Shown here in pieces: positions 38,705 to 52,915 of a stretch of 64,000 nt of DNA. How positions within the stretch are numbered: the first letter of the stretch is position 1; every line of letters starts with the position of its first letter. This DNA is from an uncultured delta proteobacterium (GTDB lineage: Bacteria; Myxococcota_A; Polyangia; Polyangiales; Polyangiaceae): positions 32,001-96,000 of the forward strand of contig CAVOKF010000007.1 in NCBI GenBank assembly GCA_963696385.1, in the 5' to 3' direction. Made by a program: the position numbers and the translations under genes. The notes beneath the pieces are model-generated. The model was not told where the DNA came from. It ran no database searches and saw only the letters and a list, made by a program, of their open reading frames with translations.

Positions 38705-39796
38705 TTACGCGCGGTACCGCTCGACGGCCCTGCGCAGCTCGAGAGCGAGGTCCTCGGCGAGCTCGCGCGGTTCGAGGACTCGGGCCGCGGCTCCAAAGCC
38801 GAGCAGCCATGTCCGAACGCGTTCCAGCACTTCCGGGGAATCGGGCACCTGGATCGAGGCCCGGACGCGGCCGTCGGCCGCGACGGCGAGCTTCTGCGAT
38901 GGATGGACACGACGCGCCCGCACCGCCTCGGCCGCTCGCGCCTCGAACTCCACCAACACCGTCAGCTTTCGCGAGGCCCCCGCGATCCCGAAATCGCCCT
39001 GCACCCAGTCGGCGAGGGCGAATTCGGCCGGTAAGTCGAAGCGCTCGTCTTCGCTGGCCGAGATCTCGCTCATCCGTTCGAACCGAAATGCGCGCGTCAC
39101 GGCGTGGTCGAGGTCGTGTGCGACGCACGCCGCACTGCCACCGTGGAGCACGAGGGCGTACGGGTGGGTCTTCATGCGCGGCCACTGCGACACTTTGTCG
39201 TCCTGGCGGTCGCGGTATCGGAAATGGAGGACGCGCAATTCGGCGACCGCACGGAACAGTTCGTCGACGTCCTCGGAGCGGTTGGCGTACGCGTGCGCCC
39301 CGAGCGGAACGTAGGCGAACCGGTCTTCGATGCGCGCATCGGCCGGCGGATCGGCGCGCGCACCTCGAATGGGCGATCGGGCCATGGGCCGATGGGCGAC
39401 CTGCTCGATCTCGCGGAACACCACGTCGACCTCGTCGAACAGCGCCGATCCTTTGAGCACGTCGAAGACGCGACGGGCCGCGAGCAGCGCGTAGGCCTGC
39501 GTTCGCCGCAGGGCGACCGAGCGTCCTCGTTCGCTCGGCTTGATACGCCAGAGGTGGGCTCCGCCGGGAGTCACCGCAATGGATTCGAGATCCGTCACCA
39601 GCGCGAGCTCGCGAAGGTAACGACGCACAGAGCGAGGGGTCATCCGCAGCATGCCGGCAATCTCGTCGAGCCGCAGACCGGCGGTATGAACCTCGAGCTT
39701 CTCCCGGAGCAGATCGATGCGGCGATGCTGGGTGAATCGGCCGGACGGACGGCCGACGCGCGGCACTTTCGGGCGAGGGATCGATCGCACGGGCAT
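38705..39796 (-). CDS. HTH-WYL-WCX transcriptional regulator
   Basis: N-terminal wHTH (EIAGMLRMTPRSVRRYLREL), HPYALV...RAFRFERM, and a WCX-like WLLGFGAAARVLEPRELA. Confidence 0.9.
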   Translation of the reverse strand: MPVRSIPRPKVPRVGRPSGRFTQHRRIDLLREKLEVHTAGLRLDEIAGMLRMTPRSVRRYLRELALVTDLESIAVTPGGAHLWRIKPSERGRSVALRRTQAYALLAARRVFDVLKGSALFDEVDVVFREIEQVAHRPMARSPIRGARADPPADARIEDRFAYVPLGAHAYANRSEDVDELFRAVAELRVLHFRYRDRQDDKVSQWPRMKTHPYALVLHGGSAACVAHDLDHAVTRAFRFERMSEISASEDERFDLPAEFALADWVQGDFGIAGASRKLTVLVEFEARAAEAVRARRVHPSQKLAVAADGRVRASIQVPDSPEVLERVRTWLLGFGAAARVLEPRELAEDLALELRRAVERYRA

Positions 39797-39814
39797 GGGC
39801 GCCGAGCCTCCGGG

Positions 39815-40381
39815 TCAAATGGGTCGGTCGTGCAGCTCTTTCTTGTAACGATCCTTGTACTGGCGGTGACACGATCGGCAGCTCGCCCGCACGGCTTCGA
39901 GATCGAGCGCACGGGCGGCACTTGCGCCGTCGCGCGAGATCGACGCCCAGTTGGGGTAGCCGGGGGGGGCCATCGTCGCGACTTTGTCGAGCACCGTCGC
40001 GAGCGCGTCGAAGTCGTGGTTGTTCATGGCCGGCGTGCTGTGCGCCTTCATCCATGTGCGCAACGTGCACCGAGGCAGAGGCTTGTCGCCGCACGGAGGT
40101 TCGGGAGGCGTCTCGGGGTCGGCCTCGACCTCGGTCGGGGTCGCGGCCGCGGTCTCGGTCGTTGGCCCGGTCGCGCTCGCGGTGGCGGCCGGGATCGCGG
40201 TCGTTGGCCCGGTCGCGCTCGCGGCGGCGGCCGGGATCGCAGTGGCGACCGGCGCTGCGGTGGCGGTCGGGATCTCGGTCGTTGCTGCGATCCCGGAGGG
40301 GGCCGACGACGGATCGCTTTTCGAGCACGAACCGCCGACTGCCAAGGCGACGCCGAATAGGGACACCACGAGCCGTGTCAT
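39815..40381 (-). CDS. Lipoprotein with an Ala/Thr/Pro linker and a C-terminal cytochrome c'-like single-heme domain
   Basis: Signal ending in GGSC, a low-complexity linker, and a helical domain ending in SCRSCHRQYK (C-terminal CxxCH). Confidence 0.7.
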   Translation of the reverse strand: MTRLVVSLFGVALAVGGSCSKSDPSSAPSGIAATTEIPTATAAPVATAIPAAAASATGPTTAIPAATASATGPTTETAAATPTEVEADPETPPEPPCGDKPLPRCTLRTWMKAHSTPAMNNHDFDALATVLDKVATMAPPGYPNWASISRDGASAARALDLEAVRASCRSCHRQYKDRYKKELHDRPI

Positions 40382-40604
40382 CGGGCGCACGATAGCAACG
40401 CCACGGCCGACCATGCTAAAGTACACGTGCCAGAACAAAGGGATCCGCCGGGGCAGTGTCCTTTCAATCGCCGGGAGGCGATCGGGGTTTGGGGGCGAAG
40501 CCCCAAGGAAACCGTCTTGGACCAGCGCCAGCCTGCAACGAAAGGCGTGCCCCGCAGAGCTCGGGTACCGTCCAGCGGGGCGCTGTACTAAGGCTTAGGC
40601 CGAA

Positions 40605-41948
<1,344 letters not shown>

Positions 41949-41975
41949 ATTCCCGAACCTGTGGAGGTCCCGCTC

Positions 41976-42713
41976 ATGATGCGAACGCCGACGGCCGTCG
42001 GAACCATGCTGCTTTTGACCACATCGCTCGCGCACGCGCAGACCGAGCCGTTTGGGGGTCGCGGAGAATTCATTCTGAGCGCCGATCGGCTTCTGCCCCT
42101 TCTGTCGTACACCCGAACGGCGGAGAGCGATCTGCCGCCGGGCAGCGGTTCGCTCACGACCACCCAGACCGCCCTATCGCTATTCTGGGGCTCGACGGCG
42201 CCCGAGGAGCTGTTCTTCACCGTGCCACGGGTGGGCCTCGACTACGTCCTGATTCCGAACCTCACCGTCGGAGGCGACGCCCTCGTGTACACGACCCTCG
42301 GGAGCGGCACATCGACCAAGGCGAACCTCGCGGGGGGCGGTTCCATCACGACGAGCGCCGGCGACGGCGGGATGTTCGTTTTCGGGGTGGCACCGCGCGC
42401 CGGCTACGTCTTGCACCTGACGAGCATGCTTTCCGTGTGGCTGCGTGGCGGCCTCTCGTTTTACACGAGCGATACGAAGTTGGCCGACGGGACCCACCTC
42501 GGTCTGAATCAGTTCGCGCTCGACATCGATCCCCAACTGGTCGTCGCACTCGTGCCGCACTTCGGCATCACCGCGGGGGTCACCGCGGACCTGCCGATTG
42601 CGGGCGAACATTCTCAGACGACCTACAACGCGGACGGGTCGAGCCGAGAGGTTTCCGCGTCGTCGTCGGTCCTTTTCGTGGACGCGAACGTCGGCCTCAT
42701 GGGCTACTTCTAG
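41976..42713 (+). CDS. Putative outer-membrane beta-barrel protein
   Basis: Signal peptide (AHA-Q), amphipathic strands (VPRVGLDY, APRAGY) and a C-terminal GYF. Confidence 0.7.
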   Translation: MMRTPTAVGTMLLLTTSLAHAQTEPFGGRGEFILSADRLLPLLSYTRTAESDLPPGSGSLTTTQTALSLFWGSTAPEELFFTVPRVGLDYVLIPNLTVGGDALVYTTLGSGTSTKANLAGGGSITTSAGDGGMFVFGVAPRAGYVLHLTSMLSVWLRGGLSFYTSDTKLADGTHLGLNQFALDIDPQLVVALVPHFGITAGVTADLPIAGEHSQTTYNADGSSREVSASSSVLFVDANVGLMGYF

Positions 42714-43537
42714 CCTGCGCCCTGGTGCGAGGTCCCGGGGGTTGGCGGTGGCCGCTCGACGTCCGATGCCGCCCGACGGTCCGAGAGGATTCGCCCTGCC
42801 CGCGAACGTACTCCGCGACGACGGGCTCGGCTTGCGCCAGGGCCCGCACTCGACCGATTCGACGTCGCCAGCTGTCTCTTCGCGGTCGCGAGCGAGACAC
42901 CCAACATCTTCGCGACATCGGTGAGCTCCTGTTCCTCCATGAAGCGCAACTCGAGCGCGCGACAGCTTTCGGGTCGGAGTCGTGCGAGCAGCGCTCGCGT
43001 CCGCCACGCGACTTGGCGCACCTCGATGGGGGGACCGTCGGGCGCACCGCCCGGATCGGGAAGCTCCCCGGTCGCCGTGACCTTCTCCCACCACCGGAGC
43101 CGGCAGCGGCGCCGCTCGGATGCCGCCCATCGTAGCGCAATTCCGATGAGATAGCTTCGGAGTGCATCCGGATCGCGAAGTCGCGACAGACTCGTGAAAA
43201 AGCGGACGAAGACCTCTTGGGCATGATCGTCCAAATCGGCCCCGCAAAACGACGCGCCCAGGCAACGGCGTACGAGCGGCATGTAGCGCGTCACAATGGC
43301 CTGAGCCGCCCGTCGATCGCCGAGCAGCGCGGCACGGACCAAAGCCCCGTCTCGGTCGCGCTCGAACCCTCGGGGTCGATCACGGTTCGACGTCGACAGG
43401 CGCACCCCCGAGGGGGGTGCGGGCGGGATCGGCGCGCGCCGTACCGGCGCCTCGGACGCGCGGGCGGCTGTCGGGCGGATAGCCCCCGGCTGCGGCTGCA
43501 TGTCGGGAAGGCCGGAGTGCCACCCTGGATTGTTCAT
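42710..43537 (-). CDS. ECF sigma-70 factor; probable frameshift near 42860 in the last helix
   Basis: DGALVRAALLGDRRA, DDHAQEVFVRFF, LRDPDALRSYLIGIA, ELTDVAKMLGVSLATAKRQL. A natural-looking tail, RVRALAQAEPVVAEYV, lies in another frame. Start uncertain. Confidence 0.82.
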   Translation of the reverse strand: MNNPGWHSGLPDMQPQPGAIRPTAARASEAPVRRAPIPPAPPSGVRLSTSNRDRPRGFERDRDGALVRAALLGDRRAAQAIVTRYMPLVRRCLGASFCGADLDDHAQEVFVRFFTSLSRLRDPDALRSYLIGIALRWAASERRRCRLRWWEKVTATGELPDPGGAPDGPPIEVRQVAWRTRALLARLRPESCRALELRFMEEQELTDVAKMLGVSLATAKRQLATSNRSSAGPGASRARRRGVRSRAGRILSDRRAASDVERPPPTPGTSHQGAG

Positions 43538-44047
43538 GACACTGTCCTCCCTTCGGGCCACCACGTTGGCCGGCCGCTCGATTGGCTTGCGATGGGTACG
43601 AGAGCAAGCCGCACGCCGTGGCTCGGGCGCGCGCGCCGCCCGTCCTGGCCCGTGAATGGCCGCCGATCGCACCGAGTGGGTCTTGCCGGATGCGCTGAAC
43701 GAGCGACGAGCTCCCGTCGTACGACGACGACGCTTCGTCATCCGCCGCAGGATTCCGACCCTCTCCCCTCCCCTCCCCTCGGCCGTGCGCCACCCCGGCG
43801 TGACGGACCAGGGGGGCGCTTCGGCCGCTCGCTGCCGGCCAGGGATCGGGTCAGCAGCGGGCAGTCCCGAGGACCCGGCCGCGGTGGTGGCCGGGGGCTC
43901 GCGCGACGCATGGAGACAGAGGGTGGGCCGGATTGGGGACTGGCCGCATGGGCCGGGAGGCCGTCCGGCCATTTCCCCATGGTATCGTTCGGATCCGCCT
44001 TGAATCCCGCGCCGCTGTGCACCCGCGAGAGTCTCGATGCCGAAGCG

Positions 44048-45596
44048 ATGTGGCAGTACCTGCAACGTCTGCTGGATTGCGTTTACGGCGTGGCCGACAG
44101 CGACTCGCTCATCGACGACTGCCTGGACATCCTGGTCGAGCTGCTGGGCGCGGATCGGGGGCTGATTCTGCAGACGGCTTCGGACGGCAGCTCACGGGTG
44201 ATCCATGCCCGCGCTCAAAAGAAGACGTTGTCGCCGGACGAATGGGAAGAGGTCAGTCGAACCGTCGTCCGCGAGGCCCTCGAATCGGGGCGTTGCGTCA
44301 CCTGGGATCCCCTGGCGACACGAGGCTCGGCCAGCGCGGCCCTTTTGGGCATCCACATCGCGCTCGCTGCGCCCCTCGGGCACTTTTCCCGCGGCGGACC
44401 GCGTGGCGTGCTTTACGTGGACTTTCGCGATATCCGCAAATTCGTCGGAACGCAGCATTCGGCGTTCTTTCGATCGGCGGCGACCGTGCTCGGAGCCGTC
44501 CTCGAGCAGAACGAGCGAGGACTTCTGGCTCGGGATCACCTGCGCGAAGCTCGGCAGCACTGCGTCGACGTACGGCCCACCACGCCGCTGTCGGATTCTG
44601 TTGGCTCCCGCCAGCATGCAGTCGGTCCGCCGAGAGCTCGAATCGGCGCTCGCCAGCAACACGCCGATTCTCATCGTCGGCGAGTCGGGGACCGGCAAGA
44701 CGCTGCTCGCTCAGGCCATCGCCGAAGCGAGCGAGCGACGCCCCATCGTGCGTGCCGTGCTCGGGTCGAGCGACGACCTGAACACCATCACGTCCGAACT
44801 CTTCGGCCACGAACGCGGAGCCTATTCCGGCGCCGCGTTCCGGCGGATCGGTCTCGTCGAATACGCCCACGGTGGCACGCTGCTGCTCGACGAGATCCTC
44901 AACCTGACAGCGCATGCGCAGCAGCTCCTTTTGGACTTTACCCAATTCGGAACGTATCGACCTCTGGGCCACGATCGGCCCGATCCCAAACGCGCCAACG
45001 TGCGAATCATTGCTTCGACCAACGGCAATCTGCTCGCCGCCGTCCGCGAAGGACGCTTTCGCCAGGATCTCTACTACCGACTGGCGGGCGTGACGCTCGA
45101 GATCCCGCCGCTCCGGCAACGGCGCGAAGAGGCCCCTGGGCTCGCCGAGAGCACGCTAAGGCGCGCCGATCCGAAAAGAACGTGGGGACTGTCTTTGGCA
45201 TTGCGCCGATGGCTCGTGTCGCCGAGCTTCGAGTGGTCCGGCAACATCCGCCAGCTCGAACGCGCCGTCGAGCGCGCAAGAGAGCGAGCCGTCGCCCGCG
45301 ACCCGGAAGCAACCGTACTCACGCCGGATCACTTCGAAGCGCGCGACCTCGGCGCGACTTCGCTCGAAGGAAACGAAGTGCGAGGGCCGGAGGACCCGCT
45401 CGGCAGCTCCTGGCAGAAGCTTCAGGGCGAGAGGGCAAGAATCGACGAGCGCGAGCAGGAGGTCATCCGTCGTGCCTTGCACGAGTCCGGCGGAGTGGTG
45501 GCCCAAGCGGCCCGCGCGCTCGGGATCGCGAGGACCACGCTCGCAAGCCGGATCGAAGCGCTCGGGGTGCGATCGGCCAAGCGGGCAGAGTCGTGA
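44048..45596 (+). CDS. GAF-sigma54 AAA+-Fis HTH activator; apparent +1 frameshift near 44596
   Basis: GAF (LGADRGLIL, GVLYVDFR) in one frame; GESGTGKT, SELFGHERGAYSGA, LLLDEI, WSGNIRQLE and AARALGIARTTL in the next. Deleting one T in GATTCTG joins them. Confidence 0.85.
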
Positions 45597-45620
45597 GGTG
45601 GCCGGAACGCCGGCCCCCCT

Positions 45621-46676
45621 CTACTCGGCGCACGTGCTCACGGTCTTGGACGGGCACAGCGCCACGATCGCGACGCCGAGGAGCGGCTTGCCGTCTCCCC
45701 CATCGCCGATATCCGCGCAAACGTGGTCGGGTAAAATGATATCGGTAGTGGCCCCGTTGGCCAACGAAGACCAGGTCCGCTCGGGGAGCACGGCCGAGCT
45801 GGTCTGCGTGGTGGCGCGATCGATGGGGATCAGACACCAGTTCGAATCCGTCGCGCAAAAACCGTAATCGTTGCCGACGAGCGTGCGATTCACGACCAGC
45901 GCGACGTTGACCGTCGGTCCTCCAAACGTCATGAGGGACATGTTGTTTGGCGAGACTTGGCACTGTGCAGCGGAGTTGAGCGCCGGCTCGGGCGAATAGA
46001 TCGTCATGTTGCCCGGCTCGAAGCAAGGAATCACGTCGAAGCAAGCGCCGCCGGCGGGCGGCACGTACGCCGGCAAGTCCGAACCGGCGATCGAGACCGG
46101 AAACGTACTGCAGTCGCCCGCCTGGCATGTAAATGTCGGGTCCGGACACGTCGTCCAGCCGCTGGCGGTGACCGTGCACAGGTAGTCCAGGGGCATCGCC
46201 AACATGGTCGGCCCTCCATCGACCGGCAGCGTGACCTGTTGATCGCGCGTAACCCGCACGTTGGATCCGAGCCGTCCTTCGATGTGAATCGCAGCGGCCT
46301 CCAGGAGCGCCACCGTGGCCGGCAAATGGACCCGCTTCATGCCCGCGTCCCCGGCGTCCCCGGCGCAACCACCGGCGTCGGCCATGGTGTCCCGCGCCGA
46401 CCCGACGTCGACGTCCGCAGTCGGTAGGCCCGCGCTTTCGCCCACCAGGCAGTAGGTCTCTTCCAGGGGCTCGCTCGCGTCGCCGGCGCTCGTGATCCTC
46501 AGGTAGATCCGGTCGATGTCGGCCGGCACGGCCATATCGGTCGTGACCACCACGACGACTTCCGGGGGACGGGCATCTTTGCGCGTCGTGCAGGCCGCGC
46601 AGGCCATCGCGCAGGTGAATCCGACGACCCAGAGCCACACCGCGTCGCGGTCGCTTCGCGGCGGATTCCGCATCAT
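45621..46676 (-). CDS. Cys-rich hypothetical lipoprotein
   Basis: Hydrophobic N-terminus ending in CAAC, then EVVVVVTTDMAVPADID and many Cys. ATGA-coupled to the PEGA gene. Confidence 0.7.
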   Translation of the reverse strand: MMRNPPRSDRDAVWLWVVGFTCAMACAACTTRKDARPPEVVVVVTTDMAVPADIDRIYLRITSAGDASEPLEETYCLVGESAGLPTADVDVGSARDTMADAGGCAGDAGDAGMKRVHLPATVALLEAAAIHIEGRLGSNVRVTRDQQVTLPVDGGPTMLAMPLDYLCTVTASGWTTCPDPTFTCQAGDCSTFPVSIAGSDLPAYVPPAGGACFDVIPCFEPGNMTIYSPEPALNSAAQCQVSPNNMSLMTFGGPTVNVALVVNRTLVGNDYGFCATDSNWCLIPIDRATTQTSSAVLPERTWSSLANGATTDIILPDHVCADIGDGGDGKPLLGVAIVALCPSKTVSTCAE

Positions 46677-47809
46677 TGCGCCGGGAAGGTGGCAATCGTC
46701 CCCGGGATCGGACCTACGGGCTGGGGCTCGGTCGATTTGTAGATGAAATAGCCCACCACGCTCGCGCCCGCGGCGACGACGATGCTCCCGACGATCCATG
46801 CCCACGCCGGGATCCCCTTCTTGCGCGGAGCGACCTCGACTTTGCTCGGCTGGGAGAGAACATCGATGATGTTGACGTCGACGACGCGCGTCTGGTCGTC
46901 GACGACCGTGAACTGCGACTCGAACGGTCGCCAATAGTTGGTCGACAGCCCCGTGGGGGTCACGCGCAGCGAGTGAGGGCCACTCGGCAACAGGCCCTGC
47001 CAGGTTCCCCCGCCGACGACGACCCCATCGACGGCAATCGCGTTACGGGCTCCCGCACGGATGACGACTCGCCCCACGTGATCCATGGGCTCGAGGACGG
47101 CCGTCACGCGGACGTCCGCAGAACCGAGGACGGTCACGGTTTGCTCGTAATCGCGGAAATCGTGCTTCTTGACGACGACGCGGTGGGTGCCGAGATCGAC
47201 CCGAACCTGCGGCGCGAGCGGGAGGGTGCCGACGGGCGCGTCGTCGACGACCACCGTGGCGCCCGGCTCGTTGGCCTGCACGTCGAGGCGCGCGGTCAGC
47301 GGCTCCGCCGCGTCGAGAAAGGATCGTGCGGTGCGGGCCGCCTCGGGCGTGATGAGCGGAGAATGCGTATCGAGATAGCGATGCACGAGAACGACGGCTT
47401 TCGCGTAATGCCTCAAGCGCCTCTCGCACGCCGCGGAGTTCCACAACAGCCGCGGGTCGTGCGCCTTTTCGAAGGCGCTATCGAACTTCAATCGCGCGCC
47501 GAAAAAGTCGCCGCTGTCGTACAGGAGCCGCCCTGCGTCATAGTCCCGCTTCGCGTCGCCAAAAAGGATCTCGGAGATCGGAGGGGGAGCCGCGATCGCG
47601 GATGCGACGGGGGCCACCGGCGCGGCGATCGACGACGGCATCGCAGCCGGCGAAGCGGACGACGCGACGTTCGACGGCGGACCCATCGTCGACGGGGCGG
47701 CCGCCCCAAGCGGACTGCCCGACGTTTGCGCCGATGCGAGCGGAGGGGCCGGCGACGACGCTCCGATCAGCATGGCCATCCCGACGATCCACCGCCGCAC
47801 GCCTCGCAC
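46673..47809 (-). CDS. TPR plus PEGA domain membrane-anchored protein
   Basis: Signal peptide, TPR-like DPRLLWNSAACERRLRHY, PEGA-like NEPGATVVVDDAPVGTLP...GTHRVVVKK, and a C-terminal TM segment. Confidence 0.85.
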   Translation of the reverse strand: MRGVRRWIVGMAMLIGASSPAPPLASAQTSGSPLGAAAPSTMGPPSNVASSASPAAMPSSIAAPVAPVASAIAAPPPISEILFGDAKRDYDAGRLLYDSGDFFGARLKFDSAFEKAHDPRLLWNSAACERRLRHYAKAVVLVHRYLDTHSPLITPEAARTARSFLDAAEPLTARLDVQANEPGATVVVDDAPVGTLPLAPQVRVDLGTHRVVVKKHDFRDYEQTVTVLGSADVRVTAVLEPMDHVGRVVIRAGARNAIAVDGVVVGGGTWQGLLPSGPHSLRVTPTGLSTNYWRPFESQFTVVDDQTRVVDVNIIDVLSQPSKVEVAPRKKGIPAWAWIVGSIVVAAGASVVGYFIYKSTEPQPVGPIPGTIATFPAQ

Positions 47810-47819
47810 GATCGCCTTT

Positions 47820-49421
47820 TTATTGAAGCTCGATCAGAAGCGGGTTGCGCGCAGACGCCGCGGTCGCCGGTGGAGCCACCCGGACGGTCGCAACGGTGGC
47901 CGCCGTCGTGGCCGACGAAGCCAGAGACTTGGAGGATGGCACGGCCTTCGCTTCCCGCCGCGCCGCGACCAACGCCGTCACCGGTGCTGCGGTCGCGCCC
48001 GCAGAGGACGGACCGTTCGCCGATCGCGACGTCCTCGAGCCATCGGCCCGCACCGTGGCGACGTCGGCCACCGACGGCCTGGCCGGCGAAGCGGGTGCGT
48101 CCCCCAGGGGCAGGGCGCTCGCCGCCAAAGGCGCGGATGCACGCGGTTGCGGACCGGCGACGGCGACTCGCGCCGGATCCGGCCCCGCCGACACCCACCC
48201 CCGGTCGCGAACCGGACCCTTCGCCGAGACGGCCCCAAAGGCGCCCGACGCGGCCACCACGGCCACTGCAGCGAACACCCACGCCGACCCACGACGGGGC
48301 GCGGGCGCGCGCCCGATGGCCCACAACCGCGGAGCCCTTCGAGGCGACCGAGGATTCAACGGGGGCATCGGCAGGTCGTGGTGGGTCGCTACGAGCGAGG
48401 CGTGCCCGGATCCGGGCGCGTGAACGATGGGCTCCGAAGCGACCGCCGACAGCCCGTGCCGCACGGATTCGACCGGACCACCCACCCCCTCTGGAGATGG
48501 GCCTTGGAGGACCGACACCCGGATCGGGGGCGCACCGGGGCCGAGCCCGTCTCGACGAATCCCGGCGAGCGCCTGACGCATCGCGACGGCCGAGTCCCAT
48601 CGGCACGATTTGTCGAACTGGAGCGCCTTGGCGAGCCATTCGACGACCGCTGCCGGCGCATCCGGTAACGCGCTCGCCAACGAACGAGCCGGTGTCGTGG
48701 CCGCTCGGATCAGGATCTGTCGCGCGTTTCCGCCTTCGTGCACGAACTGGCCGCAAAGCATCCAAAAGAGCGTGGCGCCCGCCGCCCACAGATCGGTGCG
48801 CGCATCGATTTCGCCCCCTTCTGCAAGGGCCTGTTCGGGAGCCATGAACGCGGGGGTCCCGAGGGTGGCTCCCGTCCGGGTCGTTTGCACGCCCGCGGTC
48901 GCGTCGCGCAGTCGGGCGATGCCGAAATCGAGAACTTTGAGGGTGCCATCGGTCCGCAGAAACAGGTTCGCCGGCTTGATGTCGCGGTGGACAATGTCTT
49001 TGGCGTGCGCCGCCACCAGAACATCGAGCAGTTGATCCGTGATGCCGAGCGCTTCGCCGATCGGAAGCCGCGTGCCGGCAGGCGAGCCCAGTGTCTCGAG
49101 ATTTTTGCCCTCGAGCAGTTCCATCACGAGGAATGCCGAACCGTCGTCGGCGACGTCGTCGTCCAGCACGGCGACCACACCGGGGTGATTCACGGTATTG
49201 GCCAGATAGCCCTCTCTCAAGAATCGGGCTCGGACATCGCTCCGAATCGTCCATTCCGGGTGCAGCATCTTGACCGCAAACCGCTTCTGGTTGCGGTGCG
49301 TGGCCTCGTAGACCGCCGCCATCCCTCCGATGCCGAGAACGCGGTCGAGCCGGTACTTGCCGCGCAGGACGGTCCCCCTCCGCAGTTCCGCCCTACCGAG
49401 GATGTCCTCGTCGTCAGACAT
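47820..49421 (-). CDS. Membrane-associated Hanks-type Ser/Thr protein kinase
   Basis: LGIGGMAAVY, AVK, HRDIKPANL, DFGIA, GTPAFMAPEQ, DLWAAG; TM segment and Pro/Ala-rich tail. Confidence 0.95.
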   Translation of the reverse strand: MSDDEDILGRAELRRGTVLRGKYRLDRVLGIGGMAAVYEATHRNQKRFAVKMLHPEWTIRSDVRARFLREGYLANTVNHPGVVAVLDDDVADDGSAFLVMELLEGKNLETLGSPAGTRLPIGEALGITDQLLDVLVAAHAKDIVHRDIKPANLFLRTDGTLKVLDFGIARLRDATAGVQTTRTGATLGTPAFMAPEQALAEGGEIDARTDLWAAGATLFWMLCGQFVHEGGNARQILIRAATTPARSLASALPDAPAAVVEWLAKALQFDKSCRWDSAVAMRQALAGIRRDGLGPGAPPIRVSVLQGPSPEGVGGPVESVRHGLSAVASEPIVHAPGSGHASLVATHHDLPMPPLNPRSPRRAPRLWAIGRAPAPRRGSAWVFAAVAVVAASGAFGAVSAKGPVRDRGWVSAGPDPARVAVAGPQPRASAPLAASALPLGDAPASPARPSVADVATVRADGSRTSRSANGPSSAGATAAPVTALVAARREAKAVPSSKSLASSATTAATVATVRVAPPATAASARNPLLIELQ

Positions 49422-49568
49422 GAACGCTCGTAGAACCTACCCCGAGTCCCGGGCCGATGCTACCGCGAGCCTCGGGCACGGGCGTGTTTCGCCCTGCTTT
49501 TCGGCGCAGCCGCCGCGAGCGTGTCGGGCCTGGAAGGCCCCGCGTTCGGCGAACGGGCGGGCGGCCGA

Positions 49569-51698
<2,130 letters not shown>

Positions 51699-51789
51699 CG
51701 AGAGAGAGCCGATTAGCACACATCGGTCGGCGCTTTCGTCGGCAGGGCTGCGCGATCGGGCGTGCGGGCCGAGGAGCGGTGAGTCCGGC

Positions 51790-52845
51790 TCAGCGGATCT
51801 TCTCGCGTGGGTGCAGCCCCGCGCGCCGACTCTCGGTGGCCGGTCGGACGAGAATCGACGGCGCGCGCGGCACCCGGGGCGCGCGATCGAGCGCGCGACG
51901 CAGCGGCAACATGAACGGACGATCGATCGCGCGCCGCAGTTCGCGCGGCGGCGGATCCGCGGCGGCCGCCTGCATCAGGCGCACGTCTCGCGCGAGAGCG
52001 GTCCGAACGAGATCCGCGTCGCCGCCGGCCCGCACCGACGCCGCCAGATCGCGAACCTCCGAGCCTTCCGCGGGCATCGGTGCCACCAGCACCACTTCGA
52101 CGTCCCGCTGGCGCACCCAGGTCGCCTGGAACAGAGAGACGGCGTACCCGCCGAGCTCTTGGAAAAGCGACGCGTGCCACTCGAGCGGAGCGCACAGGTC
52201 GATTCGGCGGGCGCCCACCCGAAGCTCGGCCCTGTCGAGCACGATGGGCTCTCCGCCGGCGTCGGACAAATAGAGTCGGTCCAAAGCGCCGGGCGCGCGC
52301 CGCGCGATCTCGGCGACCAACCTTTCGCCATCGGCCGCCGTGAGCGAGGAGCCCTCGCCCGAGAGAAGGTCGGCATCGGCCGCGGTGCTGGCGCGTTCGA
52401 GGAGCGTCGGTGCCGCCGCCGCGTCATCGGCATCGCGCACGCGCGCTCCGACGTAGCGCGTCGCTCGCGGACTGGTCAGCGCCACACGAAAAGTCGCCCG
52501 GTCGACGCTCGCGAAGACGGCGACCCCGATGGGCTCGTCGAAATCGACCAGCATCGCCGCGCGTCCCCGCTCGAAGCGCAGCACGCCCTCGGGACCGACG
52601 ATCAGGTATCCGGGCGGCGAAATCTTCTGTCGCAGGAAATGGTGGATCACCGCGGCCAGGCCAATGACCCCGACGGAAAGCGCCGCGCGCATCCAAGGCG
52701 CCATCGGCACGGCGCGCACGAGCGCGATCGCAACGGCGAAAGCGACGAGCACGGCCAGTGACACGGCTCCGAGCGCGGAAACGGGCGTGTGCGCAGCACC
52801 GAGCGGCAAGCGCAGGTTCACCGAGGCATTGCGCGACCTGCCCAT
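51790..52845 (-). CDS. Hypothetical membrane protein
   Basis: 351-aa ORF with two N-terminal TM segments, co-oriented between accC and metG. Confidence 0.7.
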   Translation of the reverse strand: MGRSRNASVNLRLPLGAAHTPVSALGAVSLAVLVAFAVAIALVRAVPMAPWMRAALSVGVIGLAAVIHHFLRQKISPPGYLIVGPEGVLRFERGRAAMLVDFDEPIGVAVFASVDRATFRVALTSPRATRYVGARVRDADDAAAAPTLLERASTAADADLLSGEGSSLTAADGERLVAEIARRAPGALDRLYLSDAGGEPIVLDRAELRVGARRIDLCAPLEWHASLFQELGGYAVSLFQATWVRQRDVEVVLVAPMPAEGSEVRDLAASVRAGGDADLVRTALARDVRLMQAAAADPPPRELRRAIDRPFMLPLRRALDRAPRVPRAPSILVRPATESRRAGLHPREKIR

Positions 52846-52915
52846 CCGACATTAAGTAGCACCGCCCGGCGCCCGTTCGACCCTTCTTCGAATCTCGCGA
52901 CGCCTCGCCCGCGCG

